DNA of 64,000 nucleotides from NCBI GenBank assembly GCA_041645215.1, contig JBAZQK010000008.1:1744-65743 (forward strand), read 5' to 3'. Origin of the DNA: Patescibacteria group bacterium (lineage in GTDB: Bacteria; Patescibacteriota; Patescibacteriia; Veblenbacterales; UBA10138). Below, in pieces: positions 45,375 to 53,537 of the stretch. The translations under genes and the position numbers were made by a program. Under the pieces are notes generated by a model, which saw nothing but the letters and a program-made list of their open reading frames with translations, ran no database searches and was not told the origin of the DNA. Position 1 is the stretch's first letter, and each line of letters opens with the position of its first letter.

Positions 45375-46127
45375 TTAGTGAGCCAACGAAACCAAATAAG
45401 CAATAGATATCATACCAAAGAGGAAGCTTAAAATAATTCCATAAACCTGCTTATGGCCGGCGCGGTGGTGAATTTCCGGTATTAAATCGGACGCCGCTAT
45501 GTAAAGAAAAATTCCAGCTACGGCCGCCAGCAAAAAAGGCAGCCAAGCCGCAAATAGTTGAGCGGCGTAATAACCAATAACGGCTCCGGCTACCGTAAGC
45601 AAGGACGAAGCAATATTAACCAAAATAATTTTCGCTTTAGACCAACCCCGATCAAGTAATATGACAAAATCACCAATCTCTTGGGGTATTTCATGGGCGG
45701 CCACGGCCAAAGCAGTGGTTAAGCCTAAAGCCGGATTAGCCACAAACGATAAGGCGATTACTATGCCATCCAAAAAATTATGCAAACTATCGCCCACTAC
45801 CACTAATACTGGCAAGGATTCCGTGTGGTCATTATGGCCCTCACCTTCCAATTTATGCCGGTGGAAATAACGCATGATAAATCGCTCCATTACGAAAAAA
45901 CAAAAGTAGCCGCCTAACAACCAAGCAAAAATATAGTGGGATTCTTTAACGCCGGCTAAAGCTTCCGGCAAAATATCAAAAAAACTCACACCCATAAAGG
46001 CGCCGGCCGCAAATGACACCAGCGGTGTAATTATTTTTAAGGTTGATTTTGACTTCCAAACTATCAACAGGCCTCCGATCAAGGAAACCACTCCACCGAT
46101 TAAAGCATAAAATATCAATGTAAGCAT
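45375..46127 (-). CDS. ZIP-family metal transporter
   Basis: HNFLDG, HEIPQEIGDF, YIAASDLIPE. Confidence 0.9.
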   Translation of the reverse strand: MLTLIFYALIGGVVSLIGGLLIVWKSKSTLKIITPLVSFAAGAFMGVSFFDILPEALAGVKESHYIFAWLLGGYFCFFVMERFIMRYFHRHKLEGEGHNDHTESLPVLVVVGDSLHNFLDGIVIALSFVANPALGLTTALAVAAHEIPQEIGDFVILLDRGWSKAKIILVNIASSLLTVAGAVIGYYAAQLFAAWLPFLLAAVAGIFLYIAASDLIPEIHHRAGHKQVYGIILSFLFGMISIAYLVSLAH

Positions 46128-46148
46128 TACTTTAAGTAATTAATTAAT

Positions 46149-46919
46149 CTAACTATTGGCTTTAATTCGCTCGTTATTTTTAAGAATATCTTTAATAAAT
46201 TCCGCATTGTAACCAGCCTCGCTCGCGGCCTTAACAATGGCAGTCAAATCTTTAGGCAAGCATTTGCCGTCAAAACCGCGTTGCTGGGGATAAACAAAGG
46301 TGAAATACCGGCTCATCCGCGGGTCCAGCAAAAACGCTTCGCGCACCATATTGTAATCAGCCCCCCAGGCTTGGGCAATGTTATAAAATTCATTGGCAAA
46401 CGTAACCATCATCCCGACCGCCGTGTTGGCCATATATTTAACTATCTCCGCCTCGGTGGCGGTTAAAAACAATATTTTTACGCTAGAATTATAAACCGTT
46501 TGATAAAGTCGCACGGCCTTAGCGCAATCTTCCCGGGTTCCACCCAAAATTATAAAAGTCTGACTGCTTTCATCTTTCAAGGGGTGCGCCACAGTTTCGC
46601 CAATATATTCCGGCTGGAACACAATATGTTTCTGGGGATATTGCTGTTGTAACTTCTCGGTGGTGCCGGGTTTAACCGTGGAACGGATAATTATTAATGG
46701 AGTTTTTAACCAAGCGACGGATTGTTCTACGATGGAAGTGTCGCAGGAACCGTTTGGTAAGGGATTGGTCGGCACACAAATAAAAACTGCCTCGCACTCA
46801 TTTATTTCCTCTTTGGTGCTGGACACATCCTTAAACCCAGGGTCATAAATTTTAGCCGCTGGGAAAAGCTTATGCATTGCCTTCCCTACAAAACCATAAC
46901 CGATGATTGCTGTGTTCAT
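46149..46919 (-). CDS. UDP-glucose/GDP-mannose dehydrogenase family, lacking the C-terminal domain
   Basis: GYGFVG, FICVPT, RSTV.PGTT, AEIVKY..N, GKCLPKD. Confidence 0.82.
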   Translation of the reverse strand: MNTAIIGYGFVGKAMHKLFPAAKIYDPGFKDVSSTKEEINECEAVFICVPTNPLPNGSCDTSIVEQSVAWLKTPLIIIRSTVKPGTTEKLQQQYPQKHIVFQPEYIGETVAHPLKDESSQTFIILGGTREDCAKAVRLYQTVYNSSVKILFLTATEAEIVKYMANTAVGMMVTFANEFYNIAQAWGADYNMVREAFLLDPRMSRYFTFVYPQQRGFDGKCLPKDLTAIVKAASEAGYNAEFIKDILKNNERIKANS

Positions 46920-46922
46920 AGA

Positions 46923-47504
46923 TTAGTTTAAAAATAATTTTCTTAGTTCTTCCATTTTAGAGGAATCCAGCCGAGATTGCAAAACCTTCGTCCTTAGCTG
47001 ATTACTCCCCAGCTGGCCGCTGCTAATCATGTTCATAAATTCCTCAAAATCAACCTCGGTTGATTTAATTTTTTCAGCGCCGTCTAATTCCTGCTGGCCC
47101 GCCCTCTGGCAATTCTTAGCAATAAACACATAAACCGCCCAATCAATTTTCGTAACCGGCTGATAGCCAAACCAAAATTGCCAGTTATCCGAAGTATATC
47201 CGGTTTCCTCTTTTAACTCTCTTTGAGCCGCAGCTAGCGGCTCTTCGCCTTCATTTATCCGCCCGCCTTCTACTCCCCAAAAGGGTTCCCGGCCCGGCTG
47301 TTCCTGTCGGGCAACCACAATTTTACCTTCTTTGGTAACAGGAAAAACTACTACCGTATCCGGACGTTTTAATTTTTCAAACACTCGTTTTTGTCCGTCA
47401 TAGCCTGTAACTTCCCACTGATAAACCTCAAAAACTACCCCTTTAAAAACCAACCTGGCATTGGATGGCATTATTTGTCTGGATACCGGACGTTCTATTT
47501 CCAT
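46923..47504 (-). CDS. NUDIX hydrolase (ADP-ribose pyrophosphatase-like)
   Basis: GGRINEGEEPLAAAQRELKEETGY nudix box. Confidence 0.88.
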   Translation of the reverse strand: MEIERPVSRQIMPSNARLVFKGVVFEVYQWEVTGYDGQKRVFEKLKRPDTVVVFPVTKEGKIVVARQEQPGREPFWGVEGGRINEGEEPLAAAQRELKEETGYTSDNWQFWFGYQPVTKIDWAVYVFIAKNCQRAGQQELDGAEKIKSTEVDFEEFMNMISSGQLGSNQLRTKVLQSRLDSSKMEELRKLFLN

Positions 47505-47507
47505 AAG

Positions 47508-48125
47508 TTAAACTAATGTAAATAAATCATCTTCACTCAAACGAACCTTATTATAAGCCGGGCCATGCAAACGGTGACCAATGGCTAAAAAAACCAAGGG
47601 CTTATAATGAGCGGGTAAATCCATAACTTCGGCGATTTTAGCCGGCGTAAACCCTCCCATCGGGCAAGAATCTATTTTGAGTTCCGCGCAGGCGGCTAAA
47701 CCAAAACCCAGGGCAATATAGGTTGAATTAGAAGCCCAGGTTAATAGCTCGGCCTCATTTTTACTAGCCAGAAACTGCTTAAACCTTTCCCGCCGCCCCT
47801 GTTGCGCCGCCTGATCATAACCGCTGGCAGCGGCGATTTTAATATACTCTTCAATCTTCTGGCTGATATTCGTTTCAGCACAAAACACTAAAACATATTT
47901 AGCGTCAGTTATTTGCGCTTGGTCAAAAGAATAAGGCCTCATCTTTTCTTTAAGAGTTTGATCACTAACCACATAAACATGGAACGGCTGCAAACCAAGC
48001 GAAGTCGGCGCCAGACGGATCGCGCGCAAAATTTTAGCTAAATCAGCTGGGGCGACTGATTTAGCCGGGTTAAATTTCTTGGTGGCAAAGCGCCAATCCA
48101 ATTGTGACAAAAAAGTGGTTGCCAT
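47508..48125 (-). CDS. Nitroreductase family protein
   Basis: WRFATKKF, LAPTSLGLQP, DSCPMGGF. Confidence 0.88.
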   Translation of the reverse strand: MATTFLSQLDWRFATKKFNPAKSVAPADLAKILRAIRLAPTSLGLQPFHVYVVSDQTLKEKMRPYSFDQAQITDAKYVLVFCAETNISQKIEEYIKIAAASGYDQAAQQGRRERFKQFLASKNEAELLTWASNSTYIALGFGLAACAELKIDSCPMGGFTPAKIAEVMDLPAHYKPLVFLAIGHRLHGPAYNKVRLSEDDLFTLV

Positions 48126-48217
48126 AGTCTAATGGTTTACACTCTATCATAATTTTCGCTTTTCTTAAAGCTGATAATTTTAAACAAAATGCAACTCGGG
48201 TGCCACGAACTAAGATA

Positions 48218-48394
48218 GAGATGGTTTCAAAACCCTTTTCGTGGCGTCCGTAAGGTGGATTGAACGAGACAAGGAAGATGAGCAAAATGCCCGGAAACGT
48301 AGCAGTAGCTACGATGAGGACATTTTGGAAAATCTGACGCAGTCGCAGTCAAAAAACAGAAATTGCAGCAGAAATAGGGTTTTGAAACCATCTC
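48218..48394. mobile_element. 177-bp MITE, copy 1
   Basis: 18-bp TIR GAGATGGTTTCAAAACCC, 3-bp duplication ATA. Confidence 0.88.
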
Positions 48395-48429
48395 ATAATA
48401 TCCGCCCCGAGGTCCATCAGCGTGGAGCT

Positions 48430-49008
48430 TCATACTTTAACCGTAGTGTTTTCCAATTTACCGGAGCCAATAAAAATACTGATGAAGTTACCGGCTATAT
48501 CAAGGACTTGGTTAAGCCTGATTTTGTCAGTGGCGTTAAATGTTTGTAACACATAGTCTTCTAGCGGTTGAGGAGTAGCGGGCCGGCCGATTCCAATTCT
48601 AAGCCGCCAGAATTTATCAGTGGCCAGATTATCAATAATGCTTTGCACGCCTTTGTGGCCAGCCGCGGAGGCAGCCCATGACGGACGAATCGCGCCGAAT
48701 GGTAAATCAACCTCATCGTTAATAATAAGTAACTGGTTAGAGTTTAGTTTAAAAAATTTCATCACTTCGGCCACGCTCAAACCCGATTCGTTCATAAAGG
48801 TTTGCGGCTTTAACAGGCGCACGGTTGTGTTCTCAACTTTGACTTTTGCCAGTAGTGATTTGGCGGAAGGTTGAGCTTTCCAGTCGAGCGTTAGATTTTT
48901 TTGCTGTAACCAGTAAGCCAACGCGCGCTCGCCAACATTATGTCGGGTTGGTTCATATTTTTTACCGGGGTTGCCCAGACCGACGATTAAAAGATTGATG
49001 GTGGTCAT
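48430..49008 (-). CDS. pth: Peptidyl-tRNA hydrolase
   Basis: GLGNPG..Y..TRHNVG, KPQTFMNESG, GH.G..SI, RLRIGIGRP. Confidence 0.93.
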   Translation of the reverse strand: MTTINLLIVGLGNPGKKYEPTRHNVGERALAYWLQQKNLTLDWKAQPSAKSLLAKVKVENTTVRLLKPQTFMNESGLSVAEVMKFFKLNSNQLLIINDEVDLPFGAIRPSWAASAAGHKGVQSIIDNLATDKFWRLRIGIGRPATPQPLEDYVLQTFNATDKIRLNQVLDIAGNFISIFIGSGKLENTTVKV

Positions 49009-49037
49009 AAAAATAAATTAAGTAACTTTAGAGCAGT

Positions 49038-50342
49038 TTAGCTTTTGGCTCGATTTTGCAAATTAACTTTGATTGGCGTACCGCTAAAATCAAAACCATG
49101 TCTTAGTTTGCCCTCAACCCAGCGGGCGACGGCAGTGGGTAGGACAACCTTAGTGTTAAAACGAAGTTGAAAGCGCGGCGGGGCCGTGCCAATTTGTTCA
49201 AGCGCCACCAGCGGTAAATTTTTAATCGGATGGAGGCGCCGAATATAGTTGGTAAATTTAATTATTTCGGCGTCGCTTAGTCGGCGCTGCCAATTGCTTT
49301 TAATTTGTTCGGCCAGCGGTATGATTTTATAAACTTTATGGCCGCTTAGCGCCGATACCCAGAGACAAGGTGCGTAGCTTAGCATGGGCAAATAGTGGGT
49401 GATGCTTTTGGCAATGATTTTGCGTTCCTCCAACTCTACTAAATCAGCTTTGTTAAGAATTATTACAACCGGACGAGAAGTTTTGGTGGCGGCATCAGCC
49501 AGGGCCTGATCCTGCCAGCTTAATTTTTGGCGGGCGTCTATGACCAATAAGATTACGTCCACCGCCGGCAGGATTTGCATAGCTTGTTGGACGCTTTGCG
49601 TTTCTAAGGTTGGCGCTTTATTGATTTGCCGTCTAACCCCGGCGGTGTCAACCAACTCCACTAAAGTATTAAAGTGAAAAAAATAATGATGTTGGCGGTC
49701 ACGCGTGGTATGAGGCGTCGCCAGCACTAAACTGCGTTCGGCATTAAGTAAGCGGTTAAAAAGTAATGACTTGCCCACGTTAGTTTGTCCGATAATAGCC
49801 AGTTTAAGCGACGGTTTTGGCTCCTCGATTTTATTTATATGCGGCCACATTGCGTCAAGCAGGTCGCCGACGCCGACACCGGTTTTGGCGGACAGCAATT
49901 GGGTGGTAAATTTTAATATTTGTTGCGGCGCGCGGGCGCGCTGGCGCGGTCCGTCAATTTTGTTAACCGCCACGATAACATTTTTTTGCCAGCGCTGGAG
50001 TTTTTTGATTAATTCTAATTCTTTGTCAAGTAAGCCGGTTTGACCGTCAATGACAAATATTATCAGACGGCTGGTTTTAATAAGGCGATTGAGTTTTTTT
50101 AAACCCGCCTGTCCGGCGGGGTCCTGGGCCAGCGGATCAATTCCACCACTGTCGTAAATTAAAAAATTTTGTCCCCGCCAATTAACCAGGCCCAGATTAG
50201 TGTCGCGGGTGGTACCGGCTTCGGACGAAACCAGCGCTTTATTGCCGCCGACAAGGCGGTTGAATAAGGACGATTTACCGACATTGGTTCGTCCGACAAT
50301 TACAACTTCAGCTTGAGGAAGGAGTGGCATAATTTTTAACAA
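49038..50342 (-). CDS. der: Ribosome biogenesis GTPase Der (EngA)
   Basis: Two GTPase domains (GRTNVGKS, GQTNVGKS, TTRD), C-terminal PP.F and F.F.GTPI. Confidence 0.92.
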   Translation of the reverse strand: MLKIMPLLPQAEVVIVGRTNVGKSSLFNRLVGGNKALVSSEAGTTRDTNLGLVNWRGQNFLIYDSGGIDPLAQDPAGQAGLKKLNRLIKTSRLIIFVIDGQTGLLDKELELIKKLQRWQKNVIVAVNKIDGPRQRARAPQQILKFTTQLLSAKTGVGVGDLLDAMWPHINKIEEPKPSLKLAIIGQTNVGKSLLFNRLLNAERSLVLATPHTTRDRQHHYFFHFNTLVELVDTAGVRRQINKAPTLETQSVQQAMQILPAVDVILLVIDARQKLSWQDQALADAATKTSRPVVIILNKADLVELEERKIIAKSITHYLPMLSYAPCLWVSALSGHKVYKIIPLAEQIKSNWQRRLSDAEIIKFTNYIRRLHPIKNLPLVALEQIGTAPPRFQLRFNTKVVLPTAVARWVEGKLRHGFDFSGTPIKVNLQNRAKS

Positions 50343-50365
50343 TCGGACGGTTAATTAAATTCAAT

Positions 50366-50542
50366 GAGATGGTTTCAAAACCCTTTTCGTGGCGTCCGTA
50401 AGGTGGATTGAACGAGACCAGGAAGATGAGCAAAATACCCGGAAACGTAGCAGTAGCTACGATGAGGACATTTTGGGAAATCTGACGCAGTCGCAGTCAA
50501 AAAACAGAGATTGCAGCAGAAATAGGGTTTTGAAACCATCTC
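50366..50542. mobile_element. 177-bp MITE, copy 2
   Basis: Same TIRs, 3-bp duplication AAT, about four substitutions vs copy 1. Confidence 0.88.
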
Positions 50543-50635
50543 AATAAGTCTCATACTATTTTATCATACAGCAAACCGTCCGCTTTCGGTAATTTGGTTC
50601 CGTTCAGCCGGGCCTGGTAGGAAATTTAAAATTTA

Positions 50636-50735
50636 CCTGCCCGCCATCGGCCTCTTGCAATCGATAATTATTATTTAGTGCTGTAGCTTTCTATTTAATA
50701 GCATCGTTTACTTTGTACAGGCTTAGGCAGGCGGG
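50636..50735. repeat. ~100-bp element CCTGCCCGCC...GGCAGGCGGG, copy 1
   Basis: Aligns end to end with the reverse complement of 52708-52809. Confidence 0.7.
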
Positions 50736-50914
50736 CCTGCCCGCCCCGTCATGGCTTCGCCAGATCTCGCAGAGCGATGACTTAGCAGGGCCCGCCGTTA
50801 GCCTTAGAAATATCACTATAACACTGAAACACTGGAACACTAGATCACTGGATCAAATTTGTTCAAGTGTTAAAGTGTTCCTGTGATTAAGTGTTTCTTG
50901 ATTCTTTATTAAAG

Positions 50915-52036
50915 CTACGGCAGTTGGGAATTTTTTAGACCAGTCTGCTTTTGATTTTGGTCATTAGTTGAGATTGATAAAATGTCAGCGGCCGCGGCTT
51001 TTAATTCCGAGTAATCGCCTTGGCGGGGGGTTAGTAAGTAAGCGCCATCCAGGCTAATTATTTGTTTTAGCAAGCCATCGGCGGTATCGTCTAACACCCG
51101 GTGTTGAATAGCGCCGGTGTCAACCTGGCGCAGGATGTGAGCCAAGCGAATAGCGTCGGCCGCGTCCAGGTTGGTGAGTACGCTGTTTTGGAGAGTTTGG
51201 TAAACTTTTAGCATTAGCCGCGGATTTAAGAAAGTGGCCGGTGACAGCAGTTTAGCTTTAATAGCTGATAAAATTATTTGTTGACGTTGGGCCCGGGCAA
51301 AGTCAGAATTTTGCTGGTTGTCGCCATGCCGTGAGCGGACGTATTCTAAAGCTTTAGTTCCGGACATAACTTGCCAACCAGCCGGGAAGGAAATTGTTCT
51401 GTAGCCATGGTCATCATTGGGAAAACTGTTATCGGTAAAGGCGTTTGGAACATTGACCGGTAGACCGCCTATTTGGTCCACAATTTTTACAAAACCGTCA
51501 AAGTCCAGTCGGACATAGTAGTGTATTTTTAAACCAAAAACCTCACCAATTACTTGGCTGGCCAAAACGGGCCCCTGGTTTAAGCTTTGTTGTTCACCTA
51601 GGGCGTTGGCGTAATTAACCCGTCTGGCGCCACCACCGGGAATTGGAACTACTAAATCACGAGGAATTGACATTAAACCAACTTGGGCAGTTTGCGGATT
51701 AAGACTGGCTAAAATAATAGTGTCGGTTAAATAAGGCCCGTCGTGGCCTGGTCCGCCCTGACCAAGCAAAAGAAAATTAATCCGGCCATCAGCTTCACCC
51801 TCAAGCATTTTGTCTTGCCCGCTGACCAGTTGTTTGACATTCTCCCATAATGAATGCTGGGGCCAGTTTAAAATAGTGGCTTGCACGTGAGGCTGTCGCG
51901 ACAGCCAAATTACTGTCAGGCTGACAACAATAAAAACGGTATACAAAAAAAACTTCCCCCGGTTGATTTTGCGAACAGCGGGGGACTGCTCACTTGCCGG
52001 AGTCGGCGGTAATGGTAGATTGTCTAGATTATCCAT
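50915..52036 (-). CDS. LCP (LytR-CpsA-Psr) family protein
   Basis: TM, NFLLLG, TDTII, SIPRD, YVRSRH, SDFARAQRQQ. Confidence 0.92.
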   Translation of the reverse strand: MDNLDNLPLPPTPASEQSPAVRKINRGKFFLYTVFIVVSLTVIWLSRQPHVQATILNWPQHSLWENVKQLVSGQDKMLEGEADGRINFLLLGQGGPGHDGPYLTDTIILASLNPQTAQVGLMSIPRDLVVPIPGGGARRVNYANALGEQQSLNQGPVLASQVIGEVFGLKIHYYVRLDFDGFVKIVDQIGGLPVNVPNAFTDNSFPNDDHGYRTISFPAGWQVMSGTKALEYVRSRHGDNQQNSDFARAQRQQIILSAIKAKLLSPATFLNPRLMLKVYQTLQNSVLTNLDAADAIRLAHILRQVDTGAIQHRVLDDTADGLLKQIISLDGAYLLTPRQGDYSELKAAAADILSISTNDQNQKQTGLKNSQLP

Positions 52037-52051
52037 AAAGGGTTGCCTTTA

Positions 52052-52152
52052 CCCCGTTAGAAGCAGGATGCCCCGCCGATTCGGCGGGGATGAATGCCCA
52101 ATTCTCAACAGCGAACACGGGGTTTAATGCCCCGTGTGAGCTTCTAACGGGG
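52052..52152. mobile_element. CCCCGTTAGAA-family IR element (101 bp)
   Basis: TTTA duplication; two internal GC hairpins. Confidence 0.85.
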
Positions 52153-52156
52153 TTTA

Positions 52157-52260
52157 CCCACGCCTTAGTCCGATTTAGGGGCCCCAGCGTGGGAGTTGGG
52201 CGCTCTAAAAGTTCAAAGGAGTTGATATCGCAGTAAGATCAGGAGCGCTTCACAAGGCGC
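52157..52260 (-). ncRNA. Candidate structured small RNA (possibly a compact 6S RNA)
   Basis: GCGCCTT/AAGGCGT closing stem, GCGCTC/GAGCGC inner stem, bubble; begins just downstream of a promoter. Confidence 0.35.
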
Positions 52261-52267
52261 AGAAAAA

Positions 52268-52297
52268 ATGGTAACATTTTGTATATTTATTTGTCAA
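52268..52297 (-). promoter_or_regulatory. Sigma70 promoter
   Basis: TTGACA-18 bp-TACCAT with TG extension on the minus strand. Confidence 0.6.
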
Positions 52298-52454
52298 TTT
52301 ATCGTTTAGATTATATACTGTGGTGGCTTTAACTGCCGGTGTAGCCATAGCGGCAGCACGTTAGCTGTTATTTATTCACTTATTTAACAAGGTTGGTTGG
52401 CTTTAGGCCCAAAACGTCCGGCCCAGGAACATTTATCACCCTACTATATTCTAA

Positions 52455-52529
52455 GGACGGTTAGCTCAGCGGTAGAGCACTGCATTCACATTGCAGGGGT
52501 CATAGGTTCAAATCCTATACCGTCCACCA
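52455..52529 (+). tRNA. tRNA-Val(CAC)
   Basis: Cloverleaf, CTGCA-TTCACAT-TGCAG anticodon arm, CCA. Confidence 0.95.
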
Positions 52530-52707
52530 CGATGTATTAAGTCAAAAGTTAAAAGTCAAAGGTCAAATCTACAACGCAAAGCTCAAAACTTTTTAGTTTA
52601 ACCAAATTAACAATTAATTATTTACTCTGCCGCTATGCCGTAGGTTCAGCTAGCAATGCGGCACCCGTGTGAAGGCTAAGCTGGCGCGTGTTGTGGTGGT
52701 TTGTGCA

Positions 52708-52809
52708 CCCGCCTGCCTAAGCCTGTTCTTAAAGTAAGCGACGCTATTAAATAACAACGAGTAATATTAAGTTATAGTTGTTGATTACAGCAGGACTATG
52801 GCGGGCAGG
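52708..52809. repeat. ~100-bp element, copy 2, inside a rod-like hairpin
   Basis: Diverged inverted copy of 50636-50735. Confidence 0.7.
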
Positions 52810-52961
52810 TAGCGCCAGCCCTGAACGCGGGTAGCATTGCCTGAATCGAAGGCTTTAAGCGGCGACTCTTGTGTTACTTCTCTAGAGAAGTAACAAGAAA
52901 TTAATTTAGATTTAGGATTTGATGTAGAATTTAGAAATATCTATAACTTTACTAATTATTT

Positions 52962-53525
52962 ATGTGGGAAAATTTAAAAGCTTTTTTAGTATTCTTGGGC
53001 GAGGTGCTTAAGGTCGGACTAGTTTCGCTCCTAATTATATTGCCGATTCGTTATTTTTTGGTACAACCGTTTTACGTTAAAGGGGCTTCGATGGAACCAA
53101 ATTATTATGACCATGATTATTTGTTGATTGATGAAATATCATTCCGCTGGCGCGGGCCCGAGCGGGGTGAGGCGGTAGTGTTGCGCTATCCGCGCGATCG
53201 CAGCCAATTTTTTATTAAGCGGATTGTTGGCTTGCCGGGTGAGCGAGTAGTGGTCAAGAATGAGAAAGTTTGGATTGCCGCCCCGCGCGGCGAGCTGGCG
53301 CCGCTAGCCGAGCCATATTTAGGCGAGTGGGTTAGAACTCAAGGCAACCTTGATATTACCCTGCAGGCCGACCAGTATTTTATTTTAGGCGATAATCGCG
53401 CCGCTAGTCTTGATTCTAGAGCCTTTGGGCCGGTAGTGAAAGGCGAGCTTGTCGGCCGCAGTTGGATTCGCGCTTGGCCCTTTGACCGCTGGACAGTTTT
53501 TAGTCCGACGCCGCCAGCGCCGTAA
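52962..53525 (+). CDS. lepB: Signal peptidase I
   Basis: PFYVKGASMEP, FIKRIVGLPGE, GDNRAASLDSR. Confidence 0.94.
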   Translation: MWENLKAFLVFLGEVLKVGLVSLLIILPIRYFLVQPFYVKGASMEPNYYDHDYLLIDEISFRWRGPERGEAVVLRYPRDRSQFFIKRIVGLPGERVVVKNEKVWIAAPRGELAPLAEPYLGEWVRTQGNLDITLQADQYFILGDNRAASLDSRAFGPVVKGELVGRSWIRAWPFDRWTVFSPTPPAP

Positions 53526-53537
53526 TTAAATTATTTT

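Noticed and set aside
48241-48549. 102-aa ORF as a transposase fragment
   Set aside because: Spans the MITE and antisense pth; no catalytic motifs.
6107-52152. CCCCGTTAGAA repeats as a CRISPR array
   Set aside because: They are dispersed inverted pairs with target duplications, not tandem direct repeats with regular spacers; no cas genes.
52333-52357. SRP (4.5S) RNA
   Set aside because: Only a short CTGCCG/CGGCAG hairpin; the conserved domain IV motif is not recognisable.
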